In this document: piece by piece, positions 1 to 9,675 of the stretch
Position numbering within the stretch: the first letter of the stretch is position 1
Layout: every line of letters begins with the position of its first letter
Source of the DNA: a virus
Lineage: Duplodnaviria; Caudoviricetes
Virus record (IMG/VR): IMGVR_UViG_3300027708_000013
Length of the DNA: 64,000 nt
Direction: 5' to 3' (one strand)
The notes under the pieces: generated by a model
Told to the model about the DNA's origin: nothing
Database searches by the model: none
What the model saw: the letters and a program-made list of their open reading frames with translations, nothing else
Position numbers and translations under genes: made by a program

Positions 1-557
1 AATTTCTTTTCATTGAGCAAGTTTAATCCCGCTACACACTCTTCTGGACGTAGGTAATAATGATATCCGACTTCAAATTCACATTGTGAAATCCACGGAG
101 TATAGTTAAAAATATCCCTGCCATCATAACGCATACGACTGGCACGACGATATACTTCTGGATCATCGGTCAACAGGCAACCACCAAGGCCAATTTCCAA
201 TGGTTTACTCATGCCAAAACTTACACATTGTATAGTGCCCGATTTGTACATATTAGATTCAAATTTACGAGCATAGTCCCAAATATTAGACCCTTTAAAC
301 TCATATGACCCATGCCAGCGGTCATTGGTTAACATGTACGGAATGTTTAACTTCTTCATGGTCATTGGCACACTCAGATAAGTGTATGCTGGAAACATAA
401 CCATGTCATTATTAAAATTTATACGAAATGCTATTTCTATAGCATGAGTACAGCAATCTGTGGTTACGCAATAAGGTGCACCAGTATAGTTGGCTACCGC
501 CAACTCAAAGTCTTGAATAACATTAAATGGATTTTTATAATCACTTAATTTAATCAT
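1..557 (-). CDS. DegT/DnrJ/EryC1/StrS PLP-dependent sugar aminotransferase (3' end runs off window)
   Basis: Not in ORF track; my translation from ATG 557: MIKLSDYKNPFNVIQDFELAVANYTGAPYCVTTDCCTHAIEIAF...SFGMSKPLEIGLGGCLLTDD, matching the family FE..A/S.T.A and SF...K....G.GG motifs. Confidence 0.85.
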   Translation of the reverse strand, partial: MIKLSDYKNPFNVIQDFELAVANYTGAPYCVTTDCCTHAIEIAFRINFNNDMVMFPAYTYLSVPMTMKKLNIPYMLTNDRWHGSYEFKGSNIWDYARKFESNMYKSGTIQCVSFGMSKPLEIGLGGCLLTDDPEVYRRASRMRYDGRDIFNYTPWISQCEFEVGYHYYLRPEECVAGLNLLNEKK

Positions 558-1071
558 GTAAATGTGTTCCTGTAATCTGCATAGTGTATCTTGACTCTAC
601 CCCAAAGTTTCCGGCAAAATGTGGTACATCGTAATTCCACATCACATAATCTCCTCTGTTCCACGACATAATAGGGTTTCCATCAACTTCCATGTAATGA
701 CCGGACTTCCAATCCTCTAAAAATACAATACAACGCCAGATAGTTGTGGGATCTTTTATGTTAAAATTTTGTTGATAAGAATGATAGTGGTCTTGGTGTG
801 TTGGAAACATATTTAATGTATTCATGCAAAAAAACCCAACACCGATGTCTTTCCATTGGAAACTATTGGTAAATAATTCAATAATTGTATGTACATAATC
901 GGGCATAGGATTTGGCATACTATATAATGCACCATTTAACGTCACATTAACATAGCCCTGTTGTTGCCAGCGTTTTTCGTCCCACGTGTTTTTAATAGGC
1001 AAATATTGGTATGGAAGATCTTTAAAACTGTCATCCCATAATATATCGATATGGCCTTGCTTATGCTTCAT
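550..1071 (-). CDS. 2OG-Fe(II)/cupin-type dioxygenase-like protein
   Basis: HxD (PTHQDH) and distal H (VPHFAGN) plus R.T.Q.TG; resembles 37465-38127. Confidence 0.6.
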   Translation of the reverse strand: MKHKQGHIDILWDDSFKDLPYQYLPIKNTWDEKRWQQQGYVNVTLNGALYSMPNPMPDYVHTIIELFTNSFQWKDIGVGFFCMNTLNMFPTHQDHYHSYQQNFNIKDPTTIWRCIVFLEDWKSGHYMEVDGNPIMSWNRGDYVMWNYDVPHFAGNFGVESRYTMQITGTHLHD

Positions 1072-1427
1072 TCCGACAAATGATCCTGTTTAATTTCCCT
1101 CACACTGCATCCCAATTTTTCAGCAAGAGTATTTTTAATGGCGATGCGTTTGTTATTCCAATCTCGTATCTTTATGGCGCGGCGCCCGATTTCTTCCAAT
1201 CCCAACTCCTGCTCGCGACCGGTCTTTAGTAGGCTTTCTAATTCCCAGATCTCGTTATGTATCTGTACTAAATTGTTGTATAAACCAGTAACAGGTGCAA
1301 GATCAAAATGTGACGATTGATCAAGATACCACTCAAGTTCTTCCCTGTTTGCACCCGAGGTACGTGCAAATTTTACTTCGGCAATGGCCAGTCTATCAAT
1401 TAGTTCAATAACAGGAAATATGATCAT
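1068..1427 (-). CDS. Hypothetical helical protein (DUF6165-like)
   Basis: ELIDRLAIAEVK...NEIWELE...RAIKIRDWNNKRIAIKN pattern; start placed at MIIFP. Confidence 0.45.
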   Translation of the reverse strand: MIIFPVIELIDRLAIAEVKFARTSGANREELEWYLDQSSHFDLAPVTGLYNNLVQIHNEIWELESLLKTGREQELGLEEIGRRAIKIRDWNNKRIAIKNTLAEKLGCSVREIKQDHLSE

Positions 1428-1971
1428 GATATTTTTTTGCATTTGATAAAATTAAATCTTTATTAACCGACCCTATTTCTTTAACAGGAGATCCAGCATA
1501 TACAATCCATCCATTTAAATTTTTATTAACTAGGCTATTAGCACCAATTCTTGCTCCGGTGTCTACAGCTACGTTTGGTAATATAACTGAATTTGCACCT
1601 ACAATGACATGCGAGCCAATATTAATATCTCCAGTTACAAAAAAATGATAATCAGTTTGTTCGTTTACAATTACTATTGATTTATAAAAATCGTTGCTAC
1701 TGCACAATAAAGTAGAGTTTGGAGCTACAGCGGAGTGTTCTCCCATAGTAATTTTATAATTTTTGCCACCCATAAGAACACAACCCGCTTCTATTTTAGT
1801 ATTGGAATTCATAATCAACCCAGTGGAAATAAAAGTAAAATCGTCAATAATAACATTGTCGTGCAATTCTACCAGTTCCGGAAATCTAATACGAACCGTT
1901 TTGCCAATGATTACATTATTGCCTCTATATTTTAAACGAGACGTATCAAAAAATATGTTTTCATTGTTCAT
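1405..1971 (-). CDS. Hexapeptide-repeat (left-handed beta-helix) O-acetyltransferase
   Basis: Repeated [IV]G..[VA].IG...[IL] hexapeptides and C-terminal YAGSPVKEI. Confidence 0.85.
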   Translation of the reverse strand: MNNENIFFDTSRLKYRGNNVIIGKTVRIRFPELVELHDNVIIDDFTFISTGLIMNSNTKIEAGCVLMGGKNYKITMGEHSAVAPNSTLLCSSNDFYKSIVIVNEQTDYHFFVTGDINIGSHVIVGANSVILPNVAVDTGARIGANSLVNKNLNGWIVYAGSPVKEIGSVNKDLILSNAKKYHDHISCY

Positions 1972-2996
1972 AGATATAAGGCCTCGATATCTTTGGGATT
2001 ATTTAGAATATTTTGTATCTTAATATTACTTATATTGGGTCTACAAGGTTGGCAAAATTCAACCCGAGTTTTATTATATATGTCATAATGACGTTTGTTT
2101 AACCAACTGTCACGGAAGTCGTTTTTGTCCCAGTTAGTTAACTCAAACTGAGGATTACCCTTGCCTTCACAGCACAAATAGATTTTACCGTTGGCACAGA
2201 ACACAGGAAAGTGGAACATTTGATGACATTTCTTATAGTTGCGTGGAAGTGTTTTGTTTTGGTTGGCCCAGTATGGTAACTGGTACTGTTGGCTATACTT
2301 GTCTAAACGAGCAATAGTCTCTTTGGTAATAGGATACGCTTGATTATCAACAATTACAGGACGGAAATATAACATGCGACCCTTGAGTTCTTTAACCAGC
2401 CTAAACAAGTCGTTTATTGCTTCGTCATTGTCATTGAGCGGATTGATCAAGCACTTGAAGTCTACATTAACTCCGGCCTCAATTAATCCACGAGCGTTGT
2501 TGCACACTTTAGTAAACAAACTTTTGGCAGTTAAACTGCGTCGTATCTGTTCGTATAAATCTTCTGTGCCAGCATCTATGTCAATGCCAATCCAGGCTAT
2601 TTTGCGTAACTTTTCTACTCTGACTGTGTCTAGCAATTGATCCAAGTTACTTCCGTTAGTGGTGATGCTGGTTAAAAATCCCAAGTCTATGGTATGTTCT
2701 ATCACTTGTTCATAATTGACCAATACAGTGGGTTCGCCGCCGCCGGGATAGGTTATGGTGTGTGTTGTTCCGTAACTGCGAGGCGAGTGGGCTCTCCACC
2801 CAGCTAGTTGATCTAACAAGTCTATGTATTCTGTATATTTCTTTTGCACTGGCTGTTGTTGTCTAAACTCGGCACTGTTGCAATAGTAACAGTCTTGGTT
2901 ACACACATTGGTCAGGTCAATGTCTACTTGAGCCGGTAGTATTTTCATACTGTCGGAGTTTGTCATCCAGTGTGCTACTTCAGCGTATTGATACAT
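1968..2996 (-). CDS. Radical SAM protein with C-terminal SPASM/twitch-like cysteines
   Basis: CNQDCYYC (CxxxCxxC), GGGEP, TNG; C-terminal C..YLCC..CQPC. Confidence 0.9.
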   Translation of the reverse strand: MYQYAEVAHWMTNSDSMKILPAQVDIDLTNVCNQDCYYCNSAEFRQQQPVQKKYTEYIDLLDQLAGWRAHSPRSYGTTHTITYPGGGEPTVLVNYEQVIEHTIDLGFLTSITTNGSNLDQLLDTVRVEKLRKIAWIGIDIDAGTEDLYEQIRRSLTAKSLFTKVCNNARGLIEAGVNVDFKCLINPLNDNDEAINDLFRLVKELKGRMLYFRPVIVDNQAYPITKETIARLDKYSQQYQLPYWANQNKTLPRNYKKCHQMFHFPVFCANGKIYLCCEGKGNPQFELTNWDKNDFRDSWLNKRHYDIYNKTRVEFCQPCRPNISNIKIQNILNNPKDIEALYL

Positions 2997-3985
2997 TCTT
3001 GTATTTTAGGTTGATATTGAGTATCAAACTCACCGGCAAAAAATTTAGCTCTATTAAGTGCTCGTCTTGCCACAGTGTTTTGATTAATTTTATATAAATC
3101 TTGCTGGATTAAATCTTCAACAAGTTCATGGACTTTTGTGATTCTTGTTTGCCAGTCGAGTTCGTTGTCATAGTACTTATGATCGATTATGTCGTCAAAA
3201 ACATCTACTCCCTGAGTTCTGAGATAGTCAACTGTGCCGGGATTGCCTATTATTAGAAATAGTTGTCCCGTGGCCACAGGTTTCCAAGTTTTTTCAGTGA
3301 CAAATACCTTAGGTATAACTGTAGTTTCTGTTACCAAGTTGATATAACTATCAGCATAGGCAGAATGGGATAAATCGGTACTGGTCTTTACCATTAACGA
3401 CACCCTTGCATCTCCTAGCCTGGATTGAATTGAATTCCATTTTTCTAGCATATTGTTGCTTAACTCATAATTATCAGTTCTCATTGAGAACTGATCGGAT
3501 TGACGATGCATACTAAACAAAAGATCAGCAACATAGGGTTTTTCTTGAAGAGTCATCCAATTATAAATTCTATGCGGTCGTGGTACGCCATTTAGGCAAG
3601 ACACTTTGTATTTCTTTTCTATTTCAAGTAAGTCGGGGCAATTATATAAGTTTTTCCGGCACCAGTGATACCAGTGCGGATAAAATAACAATCGTGGTTT
3701 TATTAAATGATCCTGTGGATTGTGACTCAACAATAAAAAATTAAGACCATGGGATTCCAAGTCATTATGCAAGTTGTACAAAAAGTCACGGTCTCCGTAA
3801 TGCTCACTGCCAAAGTCGGCAACAACCAAATTGTGTGTTTTTAATAGTGTTATTTTTTCTTGATCCAAGCACCAAGTAGTCTTGTTAAAAATCGTATCTG
3901 GCTGATTAAAATAAAAAACTCCTGGTTGATTAAACATTCCTGGTGTACCACCGATGGGCACTATCAATGATGGTGGCAATGTCAC
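2975..3985 (-). CDS. Putative glycosyltransferase-like phage protein
   Basis: SCLNG.PRPHR and YINLVTET...FVTEKTWKP motifs typical of phage GT-B/GT10-like proteins; neighbours are sugar genes. Confidence 0.45.
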   Translation of the reverse strand: MTLPPSLIVPIGGTPGMFNQPGVFYFNQPDTIFNKTTWCLDQEKITLLKTHNLVVADFGSEHYGDRDFLYNLHNDLESHGLNFLLLSHNPQDHLIKPRLLFYPHWYHWCRKNLYNCPDLLEIEKKYKVSCLNGVPRPHRIYNWMTLQEKPYVADLLFSMHRQSDQFSMRTDNYELSNNMLEKWNSIQSRLGDARVSLMVKTSTDLSHSAYADSYINLVTETTVIPKVFVTEKTWKPVATGQLFLIIGNPGTVDYLRTQGVDVFDDIIDHKYYDNELDWQTRITKVHELVEDLIQQDLYKINQNTVARRALNRAKFFAGEFDTQYQPKIQECINTLK

Positions 3986-4904
3986 TGTGTTCAGGCACCC
4001 ACGCCATCTTTTCTTTTATTAAACCAGCATCGGCCACAAGTTCCGCAGGATCTCCAAATCTAGCTGGACCATAATTAACCGAAGTTATCCCGTATTTTTC
4101 TAATACATAATCCACAATGGCTTGATTGCTGGTGCCTGTGTTGGTGCCTAGGTTAAACACTTCAGCACCAGGTTGTGGATAGTCATTGAGTTTATAATCA
4201 GCGGCCATGACATGTGCTCTGGCTATATCCCATACATGTATGTAGTCTCTTACACAGGTACCGTCCTCTGTGGGGTAATCACCACCGTTGATAGTAACAG
4301 GTTGTTGAGCTATGCTGGCTTCTAAAGCACGAGCTATCAAGTGTGTGGCACCAGGTTCTTGACCTAGATCTGCACTGAAAGGTTCTGCACCAGCAGCATT
4401 AAAGTACCTAAAGCACACACTGGGTACAGCATAGGCGCCCCAGTAGTCGGCCAACATGCGTTCAGTCATGGCCTTGGTGGCACCGTAGGGACTGATGGGT
4501 TGGATAGTGTCGTATTCTCTGCAAGGCAATCTATCGGGTTCTCCGTACACACTGGCACTGCTACTGAACATTACTACAGGTTTAGTATCAAAGTCTTTCA
4601 CCGCATTCAGCATGCGTATGGTCTTGGCAATGTTGTTGTCGTAGTATTCACCAGGATTGTCCATGCTGGGCCCAACCAAGCTGGTTCCGGCACAGTGTAC
4701 AACAACATCTGGTGCCAGGCTGTGCATGGTGGCTAGACTGCTATCACTGGCGAAATCTGCAATCAAATAGCCATCTATACCTTGTAAGGTATGATCTCTT
4801 TGCTCTCGATCAATGATAACCACATGATCACCATTCTGTTTGAATGCTCGTGCCACGTGGCTACCAATGTAACCACAGCCTCCAGTTACTATGATTTTTC
4901 TCAT
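3930..4904 (-). CDS. galE: UDP-glucose 4-epimerase (extended SDR)
   Basis: VTGGCGYIGSH, FSSSASVYG, YGATK (YxxxK), RYFNAAGA, DGTCVRDYIHV; ATG 4904 overlaps upstream TGA. Confidence 0.9.
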   Translation of the reverse strand: MRKIIVTGGCGYIGSHVARAFKQNGDHVVIIDREQRDHTLQGIDGYLIADFASDSSLATMHSLAPDVVVHCAGTSLVGPSMDNPGEYYDNNIAKTIRMLNAVKDFDTKPVVMFSSSASVYGEPDRLPCREYDTIQPISPYGATKAMTERMLADYWGAYAVPSVCFRYFNAAGAEPFSADLGQEPGATHLIARALEASIAQQPVTINGGDYPTEDGTCVRDYIHVWDIARAHVMAADYKLNDYPQPGAEVFNLGTNTGTSNQAIVDYVLEKYGITSVNYGPARFGDPAELVADAGLIKEKMAWVPEHSDIATIIDSAHRWYTRNV

Positions 4905-5131
4905 TTGGGTTTTGTTTGTGTTAGTTGCCAATTTTTTTCTAGCAAGATATTGTTTTTTTTGCGTAGGTCAATGACATCCTGTATTAAACTGTCTGTCAAA
5001 TTACGATGGTACGCTAAATCCCGTTGTAGCTTTTCATCAGTGATGGGAGGTTTTTGTTGGCTGGCACAATAGGCATAGCCGGCTAAAAAGCCTACCATCC
5101 CAACTACACCAGTTAATAAGTCAATGGTCAT
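4901..5131 (-). CDS. Small membrane-anchored coiled-coil hypothetical protein
   Basis: N-terminal hydrophobic helix followed by heptads; coupled to galE. Confidence 0.6.
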   Translation of the reverse strand: MTIDLLTGVVGMVGFLAGYAYCASQQKPPITDEKLQRDLAYHRNLTDSLIQDVIDLRKKNNILLEKNWQLTQTKPK

Positions 5132-5144
5132 ATATAAAATCCTT

Positions 5145-5348
5145 TTATGTTTGGGTCAATGGGGTCGGGAATACAATAGTTTTTAACATTACATATTGAT
5201 CAAATAATTTAGTTAATTCATTTTCCTCACCCAGGAACCATTGACTGGCAGCTCGCATACTCAAGGCATCAAGTTCAGTTTCGGTCAACATGGGGTACTG
5301 CTCTCGAGCCAAAGTTATCCAAATTTCTCGTTTAGTATTTAGACTCAT
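5145..5348 (-). CDS. Hypothetical protein
   Basis: 67-aa ORF packed in operon. Confidence 0.55.
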   Translation of the reverse strand: MSLNTKREIWITLAREQYPMLTETELDALSMRAASQWFLGEENELTKLFDQYVMLKTIVFPTPLTQT

Positions 5349-6510
5349 GTGTGTGTTTTCTGTAATCTGTACTCATGCGTAGCCACTGTTCTCCAGATCC
5401 TTGTAATATATCAACAATACGATCAACAGTACCATCGGTCCAGGCACTGATACGGCCCATGTGTTGGCTTGGTTTGTTCAACAAAGATTGTAACTTGCTC
5501 ATAGCATCTTCCAAACTCCAAGGAACATACAAGCGGCTTGCGTCGTTGGCAAAAGTCTCAGGGAAACTTCTATATGCTGGATATAACACATTGGCACCCA
5601 AGGTATCTGCTTCACTCACAGTGTTAGACACCCAATCTTGTAAAGCACAGTTAAACAATACCCTAGTGTCGTTTAATAACGCATAGTATTCATTCTTCTC
5701 AAGGTTATCGTACACTTTGATCATGCCCTTTGCTTCAAACGCACGGATACGATCAATGGCACCTTGATCATTGCCACGCAGTTGAGAGCCACTGAAGATA
5801 GCAAACTCTACTCGAGGCAAATGAAAGTTATCGTGCCATGCTTGAATTAAATCTAAATAAAAGTGCGGCTGTTTTTCTTGATCTGTTCTGGCCGCAAAAG
5901 CCACTCGCATGGCTCTTTGATCAAACGGTGTTAATTCTCCAGGCACTCTTGCACGGACTTCATCTCGACCAAACGCCAAGCCGGAGATGTTGTAGATCGG
6001 GGCTTCCCAGCCAGCTATTTTCATGTGCATTGCCATTTCTTCGTTTGAAGCTAATACAATATCCGCAAAACTATCCACCATTTTCTCATAAAGTGCCATC
6101 CACTTTGACATACCCCAGACATGAACGAAATCGTCCGGGTCAATGCTTTGTGCAAGACAACGAACAGCGATCCTAGGACGCATGTTAGGCTCAACTTGAT
6201 TAATAATGTAAGGTAGGCTCTCGATGCCTGGTTGAAACATGTCTTCAAAGTATATAACATCTTCATTTGTGATTTCTCCTGCTTTCATTTTTGCCACAAG
6301 CATCATTAATTGACTCATACCAAAGTAAGTACGTCCGTGTGCATCCAACACCTGTCCGGTTACAATGGCTTGATCATTGCTTAATGTTTCACCAGCGACA
6401 ATTTCATAATCAATACCACGACGCCGAAATACACGTTCGTTCCAGTCTTGTAACTGTAGTGTGTATCTTGCTTTATAGGGCTCTAGGCCCATGTACCAAA
6501 GTTTTCTCAT
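5332..6510 (-). CDS. GT-B fold glycosyltransferase (candidate DNA-modifying)
   Basis: FAARTDQEKQPHF, RVLFNCALQDWVSNTVSEA..LG...LYPAYRSFPE resembles the GT-B donor-binding half; lies in the dpdA-like operon. Confidence 0.7.
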   Translation of the reverse strand: MRKLWYMGLEPYKARYTLQLQDWNERVFRRRGIDYEIVAGETLSNDQAIVTGQVLDAHGRTYFGMSQLMMLVAKMKAGEITNEDVIYFEDMFQPGIESLPYIINQVEPNMRPRIAVRCLAQSIDPDDFVHVWGMSKWMALYEKMVDSFADIVLASNEEMAMHMKIAGWEAPIYNISGLAFGRDEVRARVPGELTPFDQRAMRVAFAARTDQEKQPHFYLDLIQAWHDNFHLPRVEFAIFSGSQLRGNDQGAIDRIRAFEAKGMIKVYDNLEKNEYYALLNDTRVLFNCALQDWVSNTVSEADTLGANVLYPAYRSFPETFANDASRLYVPWSLEDAMSKLQSLLNKPSQHMGRISAWTDGTVDRIVDILQGSGEQWLRMSTDYRKHTHESKY

Positions 6511-6845
6511 CGTGCTTTCCTAAATTCTTCAACATCTTTCACTGCTTGTTGTAGTATTGTAGCATAGTTGACAGCCTGTTGTCTATTCATTATGAGACTA
6601 GATTCGTATCGGATGTAACCTCGAGTCAGCAGTGTCCAGATGTGATACCATCGAGTTCTACTCCACCAGTTGGTTTTACCTGTGGTATAGGTAGTAACAG
6701 TGACACCTGTTTCATCGGATTCGACCCAAACATCATGATCATGATCACTTTGGCCACACTCACATATGACCTTGTACATTTTGGCGTCGCCCCAGGTGTT
6801 TTTGATCAAGACTCCGGTGGCAGGAGTTTCGGGTGTTAGCGCCAT
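6507..6845 (-). CDS. Hypothetical protein
   Basis: ORF with CECG..DH motif; start MALTPE. Confidence 0.6.
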   Translation of the reverse strand: MALTPETPATGVLIKNTWGDAKMYKVICECGQSDHDHDVWVESDETGVTVTTYTTGKTNWWSRTRWYHIWTLLTRGYIRYESSLIMNRQQAVNYATILQQAVKDVEEFRKAR

Positions 6846-7105
6846 GTTCTTGGACGCCAATTTGCATCACGTGGTTTGAAATCACGTTTTTCTTTGGGAT
6901 ACGGGCTCCAATTATCTTTAGGATGTTTGCCGGCTTTCACACGTTGCATTTCGCCCCAGGGAGTTTTTTCATTGTAGAGATGATTTTCATCATACACATA
7001 ACCTTGTTTTTTACAGAACGTGAGATACTCTTCAAGATCATCAAACAGGTCGCGGACTTCGGGTCTTAAGCGAAGATATTTGTTTAACCAAGTGGGCTGG
7101 CCCAT
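6836..7105 (-). CDS. Hypothetical protein
   Basis: 89-aa ORF with AGGAG RBS upstream. Confidence 0.65.
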   Translation of the reverse strand: MGQPTWLNKYLRLRPEVRDLFDDLEEYLTFCKKQGYVYDENHLYNEKTPWGEMQRVKAGKHPKDNWSPYPKEKRDFKPRDANWRPRTWR

Positions 7106-7116
7106 ATACTACTCCT

Positions 7117-7560
7117 TTAAATTACGATTGAAAGACTTGGACGGACTACGTTGTAATTGATATGGCATCCGTTTTCACCGTCCTCGGATACCTCAATTGA
7201 TACATAACGACCAGGATATCGTTCTGCTACTTGAAGATAGAGATCGTCGGCGAGCATTTCCACACTTTTAAAGTCCAACTGTAACACATCCTTGCTGTAA
7301 AGACTTTCCAGCCAACGTTTGAATTGTATAAATTCAATGTCTCTATCATTATGCTCTACACCAATCCAGACTTGAAAATGGAATATGTGTCTGTGACTAT
7401 TGGCTAGGAAACTCACATCATACTCACCGGGAGTACACAAGTTGGGATCTGTAGCTGCAGCTGGATAGCGATGTATGCCTTCACGTTGGAACGTGACCCA
7501 AATCTGTCTTTGGGCCTGTGTCATGATTCTATCCACTGTTTCTCTCAATTCTTGATTCAT
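7117..7560 (-). CDS. QueD-like / 6-pyruvoyltetrahydropterin synthase (T-fold) protein
   Basis: EGIH...HRHIFH Zn-binding histidines, RDIEF, S.EM.A, VSEDGENG. Confidence 0.75.
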   Translation of the reverse strand: MNQELRETVDRIMTQAQRQIWVTFQREGIHRYPAAATDPNLCTPGEYDVSFLANSHRHIFHFQVWIGVEHNDRDIEFIQFKRWLESLYSKDVLQLDFKSVEMLADDLYLQVAERYPGRYVSIEVSEDGENGCHINYNVVRPSLSIVI

Positions 7561-8078
7561 TTTATTACCTCATCTTTGGTATATTGACTCCAGTCCGTAA
7601 AACACTTACGGTCCTGTAACGCATGTAAACTATGACACCAGACTCCAGGATTGGAGGCCGCAAAGTCTCTATCGTCTAGTTTAATTGTAGCATTATATCC
7701 CAGCTGTTGTATATAGGGCAATTTAACCGAAAGCATGGGAACAAAGTTGTGAAACTCTGTCAATCCACTTTCCAATAACCCTTCGGCACAGGCAACATCT
7801 ATATCCAAGGTGCACAACATACCACGGCGTAAAAATGGAGTAATCATAAGTTCCCATGCTTGCCAGGCCTCGGCATCATTCACTGCCAACAGTGGGAAAC
7901 TGTGATTGGCACCAAAATAAATATGATCAATTGGGTATGGTTGTGCATCAGCGGCAGTGATGATGGCCGATTCGCTGTGTACACCAATGACAAATAAAGT
8001 TTTTTTATTGTATGCTGGTGTGTGTTCTACTTCAGTTCCAACGAAAAAGTTCACATCTTCATGTCCAGGTCTATCCAT
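7557..8078 (-). CDS. Conserved hypothetical protein of the dpdA locus
   Basis: ATG 8078 with GGAG RBS (ORF-track start is too long); FVGTEVEHTP..KTLFV, HIYFGANHSF. Confidence 0.65.
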   Translation of the reverse strand: MDRPGHEDVNFFVGTEVEHTPAYNKKTLFVIGVHSESAIITAADAQPYPIDHIYFGANHSFPLLAVNDAEAWQAWELMITPFLRRGMLCTLDIDVACAEGLLESGLTEFHNFVPMLSVKLPYIQQLGYNATIKLDDRDFAASNPGVWCHSLHALQDRKCFTDWSQYTKDEVIK

Positions 8079-8079
8079 G

Positions 8080-9675
8080 TTATTCTCCAAATAGGTCTGG
8101 GTTGAGTAAGGGCCGTGGTTGTTCAGTTTTAACAGGTTTATCGCGAGCCAAATTGCCTTCGATGTCCACCAGTTTACCGGCCATGGTGTATGCATTTACA
8201 ACTTTATCGCCTTTGAATCCTCTGGTTCCGATGATGTCGGTCCAATACTTGCTGTATTTTTTAATAATTTCTAAACTGTCTGCTTGCGTTGGAGCAACAA
8301 ATATGCTTTCCACAATGTCTTCAAAGTAGGCATGGTCTCCGGTGCGTCCTTTGGTTCCGCTGTACTGCATCATTGCCGGATGTTCACCACTATCGAATCG
8401 TCTATTGGCTTCTTGCACTGCTGTCAAATGCATCCAAACATTGTGACCCATCAGCAACATATAACTGAAGCTGTCCCAACTAGTTCGTGCTGGCTCTTTG
8501 CCATTCTTATTAAGATCACCAGGTGCATACACACAAATATCTTTCATTTTCAGCATGTTGCTGATGGGGCTTTCATCCCAATTTTTAATTGCTGTGCCAG
8601 GATCTTTGACAGGCAAGTCAGCCAATACTCCTGTACTCCATTTACGAGTGTCTTGGGCATATTTTTTATCATCCAACACAGGAGCCATTCTATAACTCCA
8701 TTTACCGTCCTGTGGGAATACGTTTTCAAAGTACACCTGTCCGTTGGCAGTGGCCAAGAAAGGACTGGCACAATCAAAACTAATGGTAAAAGCAGGATTG
8801 ATGTGTTTTCTCACCGCACGTTGTATAACTGTAAGTAGCACTGCCCACTCTAATTTGCTAGTGCCCAAGAAGTGCATCCAATCATGTACGCCTGGTTGTA
8901 GCAAATTATCATATCGTAATGCAACAAGTCTTTTTAATACTAGTTCTACATCACACATGTTCTGACCACCCATACTCCAGCCATTAAAATGTGTGTCGGG
9001 ATACTTGACAGGATCGCAATAATCTTTCATTGTTTGATACCATTGTTCAGCATCATCGTGATTGGCACCTTGCAACACGTTCAACACTCGCATACCACCG
9101 TTGTTGATGCCTCGACGATGCTTCATGTAAAAGTCATTGTTGAATCTAGTGGCATCCACAGCTTCTTGTAGAGTGCTGATACCACATGCCAGACTGGCTT
9201 TCTTATCGTGTATCACCCAAGTTGGAATATCCAAGGTCATGCCATAATCGGCAATGCCATCCAGCCATTTAAGCACAGCTTCACGCCGAGCTTGAGCCCG
9301 GGGGCATCCACTGTTAGCCCGCCAGTCACCTTCCCATAGGCCTTTGGCAATTTGGAAACCACCTGAATCGCCCAGCATCACGGTGTTGGGATCTCTATTA
9401 CGAACCATGTCCTCACTCCAGTCCTGCTTGTTAAGATCAAGATTGGCATGACCACCCGAGTAAAGACTCCATCGATAAGGGAACAGGGCTTTCTGTGCAT
9501 CAAGCCAGTTCATCTGTTCCATATCTGTCAGGCCCTGTGGAAAACGTGCAGGATCTACATAAGGTGTTGCTGAGGTATCACGTTGTTTGCCTATGAATGT
9601 GGCATAAAACCCCGAGATGGCTGGAAGAAATACTGCATAATCTTTTTGTTTTGCTGTTAAGTTATCTTGTTCCAT
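8080..9675 (-). CDS. dpdA: tRNA-guanine-transglycosylase-fold protein, probable DNA 7-deazaguanine insertase (DpdA-like)
   Basis: TGT motifs DSGGFQ, LDIP, VLQG, GWSMGG, HFLG, SFDCASP; phage context next to a QueD-like gene. Confidence 0.75.
   Translation of the reverse strand: MEQDNLTAKQKDYAVFLPAISGFYATFIGKQRDTSATPYVDPARFPQGLTDMEQMNWLDAQKALFPYRWSLYSGGHANLDLNKQDWSEDMVRNRDPNTVMLGDSGGFQIAKGLWEGDWRANSGCPRAQARREAVLKWLDGIADYGMTLDIPTWVIHDKKASLACGISTLQEAVDATRFNNDFYMKHRRGINNGGMRVLNVLQGANHDDAEQWYQTMKDYCDPVKYPDTHFNGWSMGGQNMCDVELVLKRLVALRYDNLLQPGVHDWMHFLGTSKLEWAVLLTVIQRAVRKHINPAFTISFDCASPFLATANGQVYFENVFPQDGKWSYRMAPVLDDKKYAQDTRKWSTGVLADLPVKDPGTAIKNWDESPISNMLKMKDICVYAPGDLNKNGKEPARTSWDSFSYMLLMGHNVWMHLTAVQEANRRFDSGEHPAMMQYSGTKGRTGDHAYFEDIVESIFVAPTQADSLEIIKKYSKYWTDIIGTRGFKGDKVVNAYTMAGKLVDIEGNLARDKPVKTEQPRPLLNPDLFGE

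Noticed and set aside
8080-9675. Annotation as an ordinary queuine tRNA-ribosyltransferase (tgt)
   Set aside because: It is longer than bacterial Tgt, lacks a recognisable C-terminal CxCxxC Zn site, and lies among replication and QueD-like genes. A DNA-acting DpdA-like role is preferred but unproven.
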